From Woeseia sp. (lineage in GTDB: Bacteria; Pseudomonadota; Gammaproteobacteria; Steroidobacterales; Woeseiaceae), in NCBI GenBank assembly GCA_046756445.1, contig JBHHWI010000001.1, positions 7,348 through 71,347 on the forward strand: a stretch of 64,000 bases of DNA. Reading direction: 5' to 3'. Both the position numbers and the translations under genes were made by a program. Below are positions 30,164-39,641 of this stretch, piece after piece (positions within the stretch are counted from its first letter, which is position 1; each line of letters opens with the position of its first letter). The notes below the pieces were generated by a model that saw only the letters and a list, made by a program, of their open reading frames with translations, was not told the DNA's origin and ran no database searches.

Positions 30164-32377
30164 ATGACTGGCATTCCCGTTGCGCTTGCCGGCCTGCTCG
30201 CCGCGCTGGTGAGCGGCGTAGCGTATTCGCAGCAGGACTTGCAGTGTGACGCGGCCGATGCGGGCGAGCTGCTCGACCGGTCCCTGTTTGACGATATCGA
30301 TGCCGGTGACTCCAACGGCATGCTGTTCGAGGCCGGAGAGATGCAAGCGAAACTGGGCGACAGGCCGAGCGCAAGCATGACGGGCGGGGTGCTCGTGAAA
30401 CAGGGCGAACGGCTTGCAGGCGCCGATACCGCAAGTTACGACCCTGACACGCTGGCATTGCATCTTTCGGGCGACGTGCGGTACGAAGATCCGGGAACAC
30501 AAATCAGAAGCGACTCGGCGGAGTTTTCCTATACTTCGGGTCTTGTCCGTTTCGAAGGCGCGGAGTTCAAGCTCTCCGACGGCGGCGCTAGAGGCGCAGC
30601 CAGCGCCCTCGAGATCAATCAGGAAGGTATGCTCAAACTCGACGATGTCGAATACACGACCTGTCCCCCGGGGTCGAACGACTGGTTACTCGAAGCGGGC
30701 GACATCGACCTCGATACGGCGAAGGGCTCCGGCTCGGCCAAGAATGTGAAACTCAGGTTTCAGGGGGTGCCGATCATGTACGCGCCGTTCCTGTCGTTTC
30801 CGATCGGGGACGCGCGAAAGTCCGGAATCCTGACACCTGAGTTCGGGAGCGCCGGGCGGAGCGGACGGGCCGTCAGCGTTCCCTACTACTGGAACATCGC
30901 GCCAAATTACGATGTAACGTTTACGCCCCGGTATCTGACCGATCGTGGTCTTCAGGTGCAGTCGGAGTTTCGTTACCTGACAAGGGCTCATGACGGCGTT
31001 CTGCGGTTCGATTATCTGCCGGACGACAGTCTTATCGATTCCGATCGTCATTTGCTGAGCTTCAACCACAGAACACAAATTTCCAGCGGTTGGCGGGGCC
31101 TGGTCGACTACCGCGACGCCTCCGACAGCAGGTACTTCGAAGACCTGGGCGGCAGCCTGAGTGTTTCGAGTATCACCCACCTGAACCGGAGTGTTGTATT
31201 CGAATTTTACGGCGACCACCTCTCGATATTCGGCAGGTTTCAGGAATACCAGACCATTGACGAGACGATCCTGCCCGTGGACGAGCCGTACCAGCGCCTG
31301 CCGCAGATCCGGGTCACGGGCATGTGGCCCGATGGGGCGCTCGGCCTTCACTACAAGTTCGATGGAGAGTTTGTCTATTTCGATCGCGATATCGGCGTGA
31401 CCGGCTGGCGTTTCGACGTGGCGCCCGAGATCGAGTTGCCAATCGGGAATCCGGGCTGGTTCATAACACCCAACGTCATTCTCGAGCACACACGCTACGA
31501 ACTCGAGAATGTCCCGGCCGGACAACCGATCGACCCGTCGCGAACCTTGCCCATCGCCAGCCTTGACGTCGGCATGATACTGGAGCGCACGATGCGATCG
31601 TCCCGCGGGCGCATTCAGACGATCGAGCCGAGAGTCCTCTATGTTCATATCCCGCATCGCGAACAGTCCGGGCTGCCGGTATTCGATACGATCGTCCCGG
31701 ATCTCAATCTCGTGCAGCTATATCGCAAGAATCGGTATCTTGGTGTCGACCGAATCGCCGACACCGATCAGCTCAGCGTCGGTATCACATCCCGGATACT
31801 GAGCGTGTCGAACGGCAAGGAAATCGTTACGGCAACCATCGGGCAGGCCCTGTATCTCAGCACACAGGGCGTCACGCTGCCCGGACAGCCCGTGACTTTC
31901 AGCGACTCATCCGATTACATCGCGGAACTTCGGTTTCCGTTTTACGAGAAATTCAATTTCGATCTGGGCTACCAGTGGGGAACCGGGAATAACGGGACGA
32001 CCCAGTCCGAAGCGAGAATCCAGTTCCGGCCACAACGAAACAAGATCCTGAATCTGTCGTATCGCTTCCGCAAGCAATCACTCGAGCAGGGAGACGTGTC
32101 CTGGTCATGGCCATTGGCGAGGAGCTGGAACTTCGTCGGCAGATACAATTTCTCGTTCCGCGACGACGAGCCTCTCGAGCGGTTTTTCGGCCTCGAATAC
32201 GAAAACTGTTGCTGGGGCCTGCGACTCGTTACCCGTCGCTACATCAGCACCCGCGACGGAACGCAGGATTCATCTTTCGGTCTACAGCTGGTGCTCAAGG
32301 GAATGACCAGCGTGGGAACCAAGGCTGACAGACTTTTGGAGCGTGGTATCCTTGGCTATTCGCGCGACGTCTATTAA
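30164..32377 (+). CDS. lptD: LPS-assembly outer membrane protein LptD
   Basis: About 737 aa. ATG at 30164 gives the signal peptide MTGIPVALAGLLAALVSGVAYS. OstA N-terminal domain plus a large beta-barrel. The ORF opens at TTG 30140. Confidence 0.93.
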   Translation: MTGIPVALAGLLAALVSGVAYSQQDLQCDAADAGELLDRSLFDDIDAGDSNGMLFEAGEMQAKLGDRPSASMTGGVLVKQGERLAGADTASYDPDTLALHLSGDVRYEDPGTQIRSDSAEFSYTSGLVRFEGAEFKLSDGGARGAASALEINQEGMLKLDDVEYTTCPPGSNDWLLEAGDIDLDTAKGSGSAKNVKLRFQGVPIMYAPFLSFPIGDARKSGILTPEFGSAGRSGRAVSVPYYWNIAPNYDVTFTPRYLTDRGLQVQSEFRYLTRAHDGVLRFDYLPDDSLIDSDRHLLSFNHRTQISSGWRGLVDYRDASDSRYFEDLGGSLSVSSITHLNRSVVFEFYGDHLSIFGRFQEYQTIDETILPVDEPYQRLPQIRVTGMWPDGALGLHYKFDGEFVYFDRDIGVTGWRFDVAPEIELPIGNPGWFITPNVILEHTRYELENVPAGQPIDPSRTLPIASLDVGMILERTMRSSRGRIQTIEPRVLYVHIPHREQSGLPVFDTIVPDLNLVQLYRKNRYLGVDRIADTDQLSVGITSRILSVSNGKEIVTATIGQALYLSTQGVTLPGQPVTFSDSSDYIAELRFPFYEKFNFDLGYQWGTGNNGTTQSEARIQFRPQRNKILNLSYRFRKQSLEQGDVSWSWPLARSWNFVGRYNFSFRDDEPLERFFGLEYENCCWGLRLVTRRYISTRDGTQDSSFGLQLVLKGMTSVGTKADRLLERGILGYSRDVY

Positions 32378-32383
32378 GAATTT

Positions 32384-33679
32384 ATGAACAAAATCCGATA
32401 CTTTTGCCTGCTGTCGGGCCTGGCGACCTGCGCAGTCGCCGCGGAAGAGCTGTCGGCCACGGGTGAGATGCTCGACGGAATCGCCGCCATCGTCAACGAG
32501 GGTGTCGTGCTGAAGAGCGAGCTGAAGCTTCAACTGGAGACCGTAACGGAACGGGCGCAGAAGCAGGACATGCGGCTGCCACCGCCGAGCGTCCTGGAGG
32601 AACAGGTGCTCGAGAGCCTCATACTCAAGCAGATTCAGCTGCAGCGCGCCGAGCGCATCGGCATCCGGATTTCGGACCAGATGTTGAATGCCGCGATTGC
32701 GGGTGTTGCGGAGCAAAACGGCTTTGCATTCGAGGACATGCCCCGCGTACTTGCCGAGGATGGGATTTCATACGGCGTCTATCGCCGCGAGATGCGTGAG
32801 CAGCTGATCCTCGAACAGTTGCAGCGAATCGACGTCGTCGGACGGATTTCGGTCGCACCACGCGAGATAGATCAGTGTCTCGCCGACCTCGAAGACAACG
32901 TCGTGATCAACTCTGAATACAAACTGTCACACATACTGATATCGGTGCCGCCGTCCGCGACTCAGGAGGAGTTCGCGGAAGCAGAGACTGAAGCGAATTA
33001 CGTGTACAAACAACTTCAGGACGGCGCCGACTTTGCCGAGATGGCGATTCGATACTCGGATCTTCAGACCGCGCTCGAAGGCGGCAATCTCGGTTGGCGC
33101 AAAGGCGATCAGCTTCCGACTATTTTTTCCAATATCGTCGGTTCGATGGCAGCAGGCGACTTCTCGGATCCGATCCGGACCGTGAGTGGTTATCACATCG
33201 TCAAGGTCAACGACCTGCGTGGCGCGAATCAGCGCAGTGAAGTCGAGCAGGTAAAGCTTCGCCATATCCTGATTACGCCTGACGAGATCATCGATGACGA
33301 AACCGCCAAGCAGCAGCTCGAACAGGCAGTCGCCGATCTCGGCTCCGGCAAGGACTTCGGCGAGCTTGCGAAGCTTCTGTCCGATGATCCCGGTTCTGCG
33401 AACCAGGGCGGGGAAATGGACTGGGCCAGCCCGGGCTCGTTTGTGCCCGAATTCGAGGAAGTCGCCAATAATGCGGAAATCGGCGTCGTGACCGAGCCTT
33501 TCCGGACCAGATTCGGCTGGCACATTCTCGAAGTCATGGATCGTCGCATTCACGACAACACGGAGGAACTCAAGGAAAACGGCTGCATACAGCGCGTCAG
33601 GAACAGCAAGCTGGCAGAAGAGACGGAGCTCTACATGCGGCGAATCCGTGACGAAGCATTCGTAGACACACGCATCTGA
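32384..33679 (+). CDS. surA: periplasmic chaperone/PPIase SurA
   Basis: 431 aa with a signal peptide, an N-terminal chaperone domain and two parvulin domains (GGNLGW, GGEMDW...GWHIL). Confidence 0.95.
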   Translation: MNKIRYFCLLSGLATCAVAAEELSATGEMLDGIAAIVNEGVVLKSELKLQLETVTERAQKQDMRLPPPSVLEEQVLESLILKQIQLQRAERIGIRISDQMLNAAIAGVAEQNGFAFEDMPRVLAEDGISYGVYRREMREQLILEQLQRIDVVGRISVAPREIDQCLADLEDNVVINSEYKLSHILISVPPSATQEEFAEAETEANYVYKQLQDGADFAEMAIRYSDLQTALEGGNLGWRKGDQLPTIFSNIVGSMAAGDFSDPIRTVSGYHIVKVNDLRGANQRSEVEQVKLRHILITPDEIIDDETAKQQLEQAVADLGSGKDFGELAKLLSDDPGSANQGGEMDWASPGSFVPEFEEVANNAEIGVVTEPFRTRFGWHILEVMDRRIHDNTEELKENGCIQRVRNSKLAEETELYMRRIRDEAFVDTRI

Positions 33680-34650
33680 CAAGCAAACGGACAAACCCTC
33701 TCGTAATCACCGCCGGAGAACCCGCCGGTATCGGGCCCGACCTGTGCCTTGCTCTGGCGAATACACAGTGGTCAGACCGGGTGATTGTCGTTGCAGATCC
33801 ACAGACGCTGGAAGCGAGGGCCCGTCGACTCGGCGTCGACGTCTCGATCCTGGATGCGGAATCAGGCGGTTCGGCCCGAAACGGTCTGAGGGTGATCGCA
33901 GAAGCCCTGCCCAACGCCTCCGTCTGTGGCACGCCGGATCCGGCCAATGCCCAATCGCTGCTGTCGGGGCTGAAGAGGGCGGTACAAGCTTGCCTCGACG
34001 GCAGGTTCTCCGGGCTTGTTACGGCGCCGCTGCAGAAGAGCACAATCAACGATGCGGGAATCTCCTTTACCGGCCACACGGAGTACCTCGCAGAATTAAC
34101 CTCGATTCGAACACCCGTAATGATGCTGGTCGCGGACCAGTTGCGGGTGGCGCTCGCCAGCACGCACCTGCCGCTTCGGGAGGTCCCGGACTATCTGACG
34201 CAGGAGCGACTTCGCGACGTGCTCGAAGTCCTGCATGCCGACCTCGTCGGAAGATTCGACATCGCCGAGCCGGAGATCGTCGTCTGCGGGCTCAATCCGC
34301 ACGCCGGTGAAGGCGGTTATCTGGGCACGGAGGACGTCGCCGTGATCGAGCCGGTCGTCAGCGCATTACGGCTGGAGGGCATCGATGTCCGCGGTCCGTT
34401 AGCCGCGGATACAGCGTTCACACCGGCCGCCGGGCATGCCGATGCGGTACTGGCCATGTATCACGATCAGGGTCTGCCCGCCTTGAAGATGGCCGGGTTC
34501 GGTCACTCGGTAAATGTGACGCTCGGCCTGCCGATCGTTCGGACCTCCGTCGATCACGGCACGGCCCTCGGTATAGCCGGCACGGGCAGGGCCGATGCCG
34601 GCAGCATGATTGCGGCGGTGGAACTGGCCGCCACATTGGCAACCGCATGA
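33676..34650 (+). CDS. pdxA: 4-hydroxythreonine-4-phosphate dehydrogenase
   Basis: The PdxA signature LVITAGEPAGIGPDL lies in frame upstream of the first canonical start (GTG 33781). The proposed start is CTG 33676, overlapping the surA stop (CTGA), which gives 324 aa. Confidence 0.85.
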   Translation: MTSKRTNPLVITAGEPAGIGPDLCLALANTQWSDRVIVVADPQTLEARARRLGVDVSILDAESGGSARNGLRVIAEALPNASVCGTPDPANAQSLLSGLKRAVQACLDGRFSGLVTAPLQKSTINDAGISFTGHTEYLAELTSIRTPVMMLVADQLRVALASTHLPLREVPDYLTQERLRDVLEVLHADLVGRFDIAEPEIVVCGLNPHAGEGGYLGTEDVAVIEPVVSALRLEGIDVRGPLAADTAFTPAAGHADAVLAMYHDQGLPALKMAGFGHSVNVTLGLPIVRTSVDHGTALGIAGTGRADAGSMIAAVELAATLATA

Positions 34651-35426
34651 GCCGGCGCCACCGCCCGCGCAGGCGATTCGGGCAGCACTTTCTGGTTGAC
34701 CGGATGACGATCGACAGAATCATCGCGGCAATCGAGCCCGGGGCCGGGGAGATAATCGTTGAGATAGGGCCGGGCCGGGGTGCGATCAGCGAACCGCTGG
34801 CGCGCAGCGCCGGCAGGTTCCACGCTATCGAGCTGGACCGCGATCTGGCAGCGGCGCTCACGCGGCAATTCGAATCGCAACCCAATGTAACGATTCACCA
34901 GGCGGATGCGCTGAAGTTCGATTTCGCCGCGCTGGGAGAGAATCTTCGAGTCGTCGGCAATCTGCCCTACAACATCTCGACGCCGCTGCTGTTTCACCTC
35001 ATCGATTGCAGAGAAACCATCAACGACATGCATCTGATGCTGCAAAAAGAAGTCGTCGACCGAATGGCGGCGGTGCCGCATAACAAGACGTATGGCCGGC
35101 TGACCATAATGCTCGGTTGCTACATGGCAGTTGAACCGTTGTTCGATGTGCCGCCGTCGGCTTTCAGGCCATCGCCGAAAGTCTCGTCCTCGGTCGTGCG
35201 GTTATCGCCGCTGCCGAAAGACACCCATGCGATTGCCGATCACACAGCACTATCCGAAATCGTCACCGTGGCATTCAGTCAACGCCGAAAGACATTGCGC
35301 AACGCGCTCAAGGCCTGTGTGACGGAGGAAGATCTCGTCGCTTCGGGCATGGATCCCGGATCACGACCGGAACACGTATCGATCGCAGACTATGTGGCCC
35401 TTGCCAACCGGATTGCCCGCACGTGA
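34647..35426 (+). CDS. rsmA: 16S rRNA (adenine1518/1519-N6)-dimethyltransferase
   Basis: 259 aa (FGQHFLVD...VEIGPGRGAI...GNLPYNISTP). ATGA overlap with pdxA. Confidence 0.95.
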   Translation: MSRRHRPRRRFGQHFLVDRMTIDRIIAAIEPGAGEIIVEIGPGRGAISEPLARSAGRFHAIELDRDLAAALTRQFESQPNVTIHQADALKFDFAALGENLRVVGNLPYNISTPLLFHLIDCRETINDMHLMLQKEVVDRMAAVPHNKTYGRLTIMLGCYMAVEPLFDVPPSAFRPSPKVSSSVVRLSPLPKDTHAIADHTALSEIVTVAFSQRRKTLRNALKACVTEEDLVASGMDPGSRPEHVSIADYVALANRIART

Positions 35427-35521
35427 AGCGGCAAGGTGGTTCCCGAGGAACGTTGAGATAGGATCTGGTTACGTTAGAATGCGGGCACCCGGGTACTGCC
35501 CGGACGGGCTTGCGGTGACTA

Positions 35522-35902
35522 ATGGATAAGATGAATTGCGAAATCAGTATCGAAGTCGCAACGGATTATGTCGATGAGCAGTCCGAGCCCGATGACGGCC
35601 GTTACGTATTCGCCTACACGATCACCATTGCCAACCTGGGCGAGGTTCCGGCCCGTTTGCTGAGCCGTCACTGGGTTATAACGGATGCCAACGGCAAGGT
35701 TCAGGAAGTCAGCGGCGACGGCGTCGTGGGCGAACAGCCCCGCCTGAATCCCGGCGAGAAATACCGCTACTCGAGCGGCGCTGTCCTCGAGACACCGGTC
35801 GGGTCGATGCAGGGCAGCTACCGGATGGAAGCGGACAACGGCACCAATTTCGATGCTCCGATCCCTCCGTTCACGCTCGCCGTACCGGGGGTTATTCATT
35901 AG
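35522..35902 (+). CDS. apaG: ApaG (DUF525) protein
   Basis: 126 aa (YVFAYTITIANLG...LLSRHWVITDANG...GEQP). Confidence 0.9.
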   Translation: MDKMNCEISIEVATDYVDEQSEPDDGRYVFAYTITIANLGEVPARLLSRHWVITDANGKVQEVSGDGVVGEQPRLNPGEKYRYSSGAVLETPVGSMQGSYRMEADNGTNFDAPIPPFTLAVPGVIH

Positions 35903-35908
35903 GCCAGA

Positions 35909-36727
35909 ATGGCAACCTACGCGATAGGCGATCTGCAGGGTTGTTACGATCCGTTTCGACGCCTGCTCGACAAGCTCAAATTCGATCCGGACAAAGACCG
36001 TCTCTGGCTGACAGGGGATCTCGTCAATCGTGGCCCCAAATCGCTGAAGACGGTTCGCTTCGTCAGGAACCTGGGCAAATCCGCAAAGGTCGTCCTCGGA
36101 AACCATGACCTTCATTTGCTCGCGCTCGCGTACGGAATCGGTGATACATCGGACAGATTCGGCTCGCTGACCAAGCTCCTGGACGCGAAGGACGCCGATG
36201 ATCTGATCGATTGGTTGCGGCGCCAGCCGCTCGCACACTACAGCAAGAAACTGAACACCCTGCTTGTGCACGCAGGTCTCCCGCCGCAATGGAGCGTCAA
36301 GAAAACGCTGGCGCGCGCCGCCGAGGTCGAAGCCGAACTCGGGAGTAAGACGTTCGTGAAATTCCTGGAGAAGCTCTACGGTAATTCGCCGAACCGGTGG
36401 TCGGGCGACCTCAGTGGCTACAAGAGACTTCGATTCATCGTAAACTGCCTGACACGCATCCGGATGATCGACAAAAAGGGTCGCCTCGATTTCGAGCACA
36501 AGGGGCCGCCAGCGAACGCGAGAAAAGGGCTGGTGCCCTGGTTCGATGCCGATGATGCTGCCTGGAAAGGCACCCGAATCGTGTTCGGCCACTGGTCCGC
36601 CCTGGGACTGGTCATCAGTCCCGAGCTTGTCTGCGTCGATACGGGCTGCGTATGGGGCCGTCAGCTAACGGCCGTCCAGCTGGTCAAGCGACCGAGGGTC
36701 ACACAGGTGAAGTGCCGCTGCCGATAA
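35909..36727 (+). CDS. apaH: bis(5'-nucleosyl)-tetraphosphatase (symmetrical)
   Basis: 272 aa with metallophosphatase motifs (YAIGDLQGC, LTGDLVNRGP, GNHDLHLL). Confidence 0.93.
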   Translation: MATYAIGDLQGCYDPFRRLLDKLKFDPDKDRLWLTGDLVNRGPKSLKTVRFVRNLGKSAKVVLGNHDLHLLALAYGIGDTSDRFGSLTKLLDAKDADDLIDWLRRQPLAHYSKKLNTLLVHAGLPPQWSVKKTLARAAEVEAELGSKTFVKFLEKLYGNSPNRWSGDLSGYKRLRFIVNCLTRIRMIDKKGRLDFEHKGPPANARKGLVPWFDADDAAWKGTRIVFGHWSALGLVISPELVCVDTGCVWGRQLTAVQLVKRPRVTQVKCRCR

Positions 36728-36736
36728 CCAGAAATA

Positions 36737-38089
36737 ATGAAGCGAAAATCAGTTCGGATATTTGGCGCGGGTCTTTGTGGAAGCCTGCTGAGCATCATTC
36801 TCGCCCGGCGCGGCTTCTGTGTGACGGTGTACGAGCGCGAGAACGACCCGCGCAGCGAAGCGGCGCGGGCCGGCCGGTCGATCAACCTCGCCATGTCTGC
36901 CAGGGGAATTCGGGCGCTGAAGCATGCCGGCATTTTTTCGCTCGTCGAGCCCTTGCTCGTGCCAATGCGCGGCCGATTCGTACACCATGAAGACGGCGCT
37001 ACCGAGATGCTGAAATACGGCCAGCGTCCCGAGGAACAAATCTACTCGGTATCGCGGGCCGGACTGAATCAGCTGTTGCTCAGTGCGGCCGAAAAAGACC
37101 ACGGCATCGACATTCACTTTCAACACGAGGCCATCGCGCTCGATGCCGGAGGCGTTCGAATCGGCAGATATGCCGACGGTGCCGAGCTGCTGGTACCGGA
37201 CACGCCGGTCATTGCGGCCGATGGCGCCGGTTCGATCTTTCGGCGATCGCTGGATTATTCCGGCGCGATATCGGCGACCGAGACGTTGCTGGATCACAGC
37301 TACAAGGAACTGAATGTGCCGCCAGGCCCCGCCGGCGAGTTCCGGATGGAGCCCGGCGCGCTGCACATCTGGCCACGCGGCGGGTTCATGCTGATCGCGC
37401 TGCCCAACCCGGGCGGCGATTTCACGCTGACGCTGTTTCTTCCGAACGAGAGCCCGAACAGCTTTTCGAATCTGCGCACGCCGCAGGAGATTGCTGCGTT
37501 TTTTGAGACGCACTTCGCCGACGTGACAGAGCTTATGCCCGATCTGATCGCAACGTTTGAGCGGAATCCGGTCGGTATTCTCGGTACCGTCCGATGCGAT
37601 CGATGGCACGATGACGGCCGGGTCCTGCTCGTCGGTGATGCCGCGCACGCGGTCGTGCCGTTTCACGGACAGGGAATGAACCTCGCCTTCGAGGACTGTG
37701 TGGTGCTGGACCAGATCCTCGAAGACGCGGATTCCTCGTGGCAGGACGTCTTCGCCCGTTTCGAGTCCGCGCAGCTCGCCAATGCGAATGCCATCGCCGC
37801 CATGGCGCTGGAGAACTATGTCGAAATGCGGGACACGGTCAGGAATCCGAAGTACCTGCTGCAGAAGGAGCTCGGCTTCGAGCTGGAGCGGCGTTTGCCG
37901 AAGGTGTTCATTCCGCGCTATTCGATGGTGATGTTTCACGCCGAAATTCCCTACGCGATCGCCCAGCAGCGGGGCAACGTCCAGGCCGAGCTCCTCGACG
38001 AGCTCACTCGCGACGCCGATGAGCTCGGCCAGATCGATATCGATGGCGCGGAACGCGAAGCGGCGTCCAGACTCACGCCGCTGAGTTGA
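36737..38089 (+). CDS. kmo: FAD-dependent kynurenine 3-monooxygenase-like hydroxylase
   Basis: 450 aa with a dinucleotide fold (IFGAGLCGSLLSIILARRG) plus RSINLAMSARG, GDAAHAVVPFHGQGMN and a KMO-like C-terminal part. Confidence 0.75.
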   Translation: MKRKSVRIFGAGLCGSLLSIILARRGFCVTVYERENDPRSEAARAGRSINLAMSARGIRALKHAGIFSLVEPLLVPMRGRFVHHEDGATEMLKYGQRPEEQIYSVSRAGLNQLLLSAAEKDHGIDIHFQHEAIALDAGGVRIGRYADGAELLVPDTPVIAADGAGSIFRRSLDYSGAISATETLLDHSYKELNVPPGPAGEFRMEPGALHIWPRGGFMLIALPNPGGDFTLTLFLPNESPNSFSNLRTPQEIAAFFETHFADVTELMPDLIATFERNPVGILGTVRCDRWHDDGRVLLVGDAAHAVVPFHGQGMNLAFEDCVVLDQILEDADSSWQDVFARFESAQLANANAIAAMALENYVEMRDTVRNPKYLLQKELGFELERRLPKVFIPRYSMVMFHAEIPYAIAQQRGNVQAELLDELTRDADELGQIDIDGAEREAASRLTPLS

Positions 38090-38570
38090 CGCGGTCCATT
38101 GTGATGAACGAGAACCCGAATTGTCGCGAGTCGGATTCGGCAAAGTCCTCGCGATCGGTTATCCGCCACTCGCTCTCGTCGATCCCGGGGAAATAGGCAT
38201 CGCCTTCCACCTCGGCGTTTACGCGGGTCATGTAGATCCGGTCCGCCATCGGCAACATCTGCTCGTAGATCTTCCCGCCGCCGATGACCATCACTTCTTC
38301 GGCGTCTCCTGAAAGCTCCAGCGCATTGTCCGTGCTGACCGCGACCTCGCAGCCATCGATCTCGAGCCCGGGGCGCGTGCTCAAAACGATGTTTTGCCGC
38401 TCTGGCAGCGGTTTGCCGATCGATTCAAAGGTCCGTCGCCCCATGATCACGGGTTTGCCGGTTGTCAGACGCTTGAATCGTTTCAGGTCGTCAGGCAGGC
38501 GCCAGGGCAGTTGTCCGTGTTGACCGATTACGTTATTCGTCGAGGCGGCAACGATGATGCTGATTTTCAC
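38073..38570 (-). CDS. folA: dihydrofolate reductase
   Basis: GTG at 38570 gives about 165 aa (KISIIVAASTNNVIGQHGQLPWRLPDDLKRFKRLTTGKPVIMGRRTFESIG). The upstream 78 codons of the ORF are Arg-rich and not protein-like. Confidence 0.9.
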   Translation of the reverse strand: MKISIIVAASTNNVIGQHGQLPWRLPDDLKRFKRLTTGKPVIMGRRTFESIGKPLPERQNIVLSTRPGLEIDGCEVAVSTDNALELSGDAEEVMVIGGGKIYEQMLPMADRIYMTRVNAEVEGDAYFPGIDESEWRITDREDFAESDSRQFGFSFITMDRVNSAA

Positions 38571-38846
38571 TAGAAGCGGTCTCAATAATATCCGCGAGCC
38601 GCGTTTCTGCGACCACTGGCTTCGATGGCGAGGCGCGCGGCGCGTCCAAATCGTAAGGTCATTGGCAAGGCGCGCAACAAAGCCGTCGGGGCAGTGGCGC
38701 GAAACCGGTACGGGAAGCGCCTTTGCGGGCGATCCACTTTGTCGCTCGTCGTTCATATGGAATGACCATTTCTCACTCCTCGCTTCGCGCGGCTCATCCC
38801 GCAAAGGCTGCTTCGCGACCGCAGATATTTTTGAGATCGCTTCTAA

Positions 38847-39641
38847 CTAGACGGCGACGGCGGCGCGGATATGCGGATGGCACTCGTAATTGAGGATCTC
38901 GAAATCCTCGAAGCGGTAGTCGAAGATGCTGTCCGGCCGGCGCTTGATCGCCAGACGCGGCAGCGCCAGCGGCTCACGCCCGAGTTGTTCATCTGCCTGC
39001 TCGAGATGATTCAGATAGAGATGGCAGTCGCCGCCGATCCAGACGAAATCGCCGACGTTGAGATCTGCCTGCTGCGCCAGCATGTGCGTCAGCAAAGCGT
39101 AAGATGCGATGTTGAACGGCACCCCGAGAAAGATATCGGCGCTTCGCTGATACAGCTGGCATGAGAGCCGGCCGTCGGCGACGTAAAACTGAAACATACA
39201 GTGGCACGGAGGCAGCGCCATCTTCGGTATGTCGGCAACGTTCCAGGCATTGACTATCAGCCGCCGCGAGTCGGGGTCATTCCGCAGGTCTTCCACGAGC
39301 TGACCGATCTGATCGACCGTTTGTCCATCGGGCGCAGCCCAGCTGCGCCACTGCACGCCGTACACGGGGCCGAGTTCGCCATTCTCGTCCGCCCAGTCGT
39401 TCCAGATCGACACCCCGTTTTCCTCGAGGTACCGGATGTTCGAGTCGCCACTCAAAAACCACAGCAGCTCGTGAATAATGGAACGCAGATGCAGCTTCTT
39501 GGTCGTGACGACCGGAAAGCCCCTGGCAAGATCGAAGCGCATCTGATAACCGAACATGCTCAGCGTGCCGGTCCCGGTCCGGTCCTCCTTGCGGACGCCG
39601 TTGTCGCGCGCATAGCGCATCATCGACAGAAACTGCTGCAT
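38847..39641 (-). CDS. thyA: thymidylate synthase (ThyA type)
   Basis: 264 aa with the active-site region [13 protein letters not shown] and DRTGTGT. Confidence 0.97.
   Translation of the reverse strand: MQQFLSMMRYARDNGVRKEDRTGTGTLSMFGYQMRFDLARGFPVVTTKKLHLRSIIHELLWFLSGDSNIRYLEENGVSIWNDWADENGELGPVYGVQWRSWAAPDGQTVDQIGQLVEDLRNDPDSRRLIVNAWNVADIPKMALPPCHCMFQFYVADGRLSCQLYQRSADIFLGVPFNIASYALLTHMLAQQADLNVGDFVWIGGDCHLYLNHLEQADEQLGREPLALPRLAIKRRPDSIFDYRFEDFEILNYECHPHIRAAVAV

Noticed and set aside
35519-36592. A 357-aa minus-strand ORF opposite apaG/apaH.
   Set aside because: It is antisense to two conserved genes with clear motifs and shows no domain signature.
36749-38143. A 464-aa minus-strand ORF opposite the KMO-like gene.
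   Set aside because: The plus-strand product carries FAD-binding and KMO motifs. The minus-strand translation is low-complexity and Arg-rich.
38571-38804. An N-terminal extension that would make folA 243 aa.
   Set aside because: DHFR homology starts at the GTG-encoded VKISIIVAAS. The extension is Arg/Ser/Trp-rich and would be about 80 aa longer than any typical DHFR.
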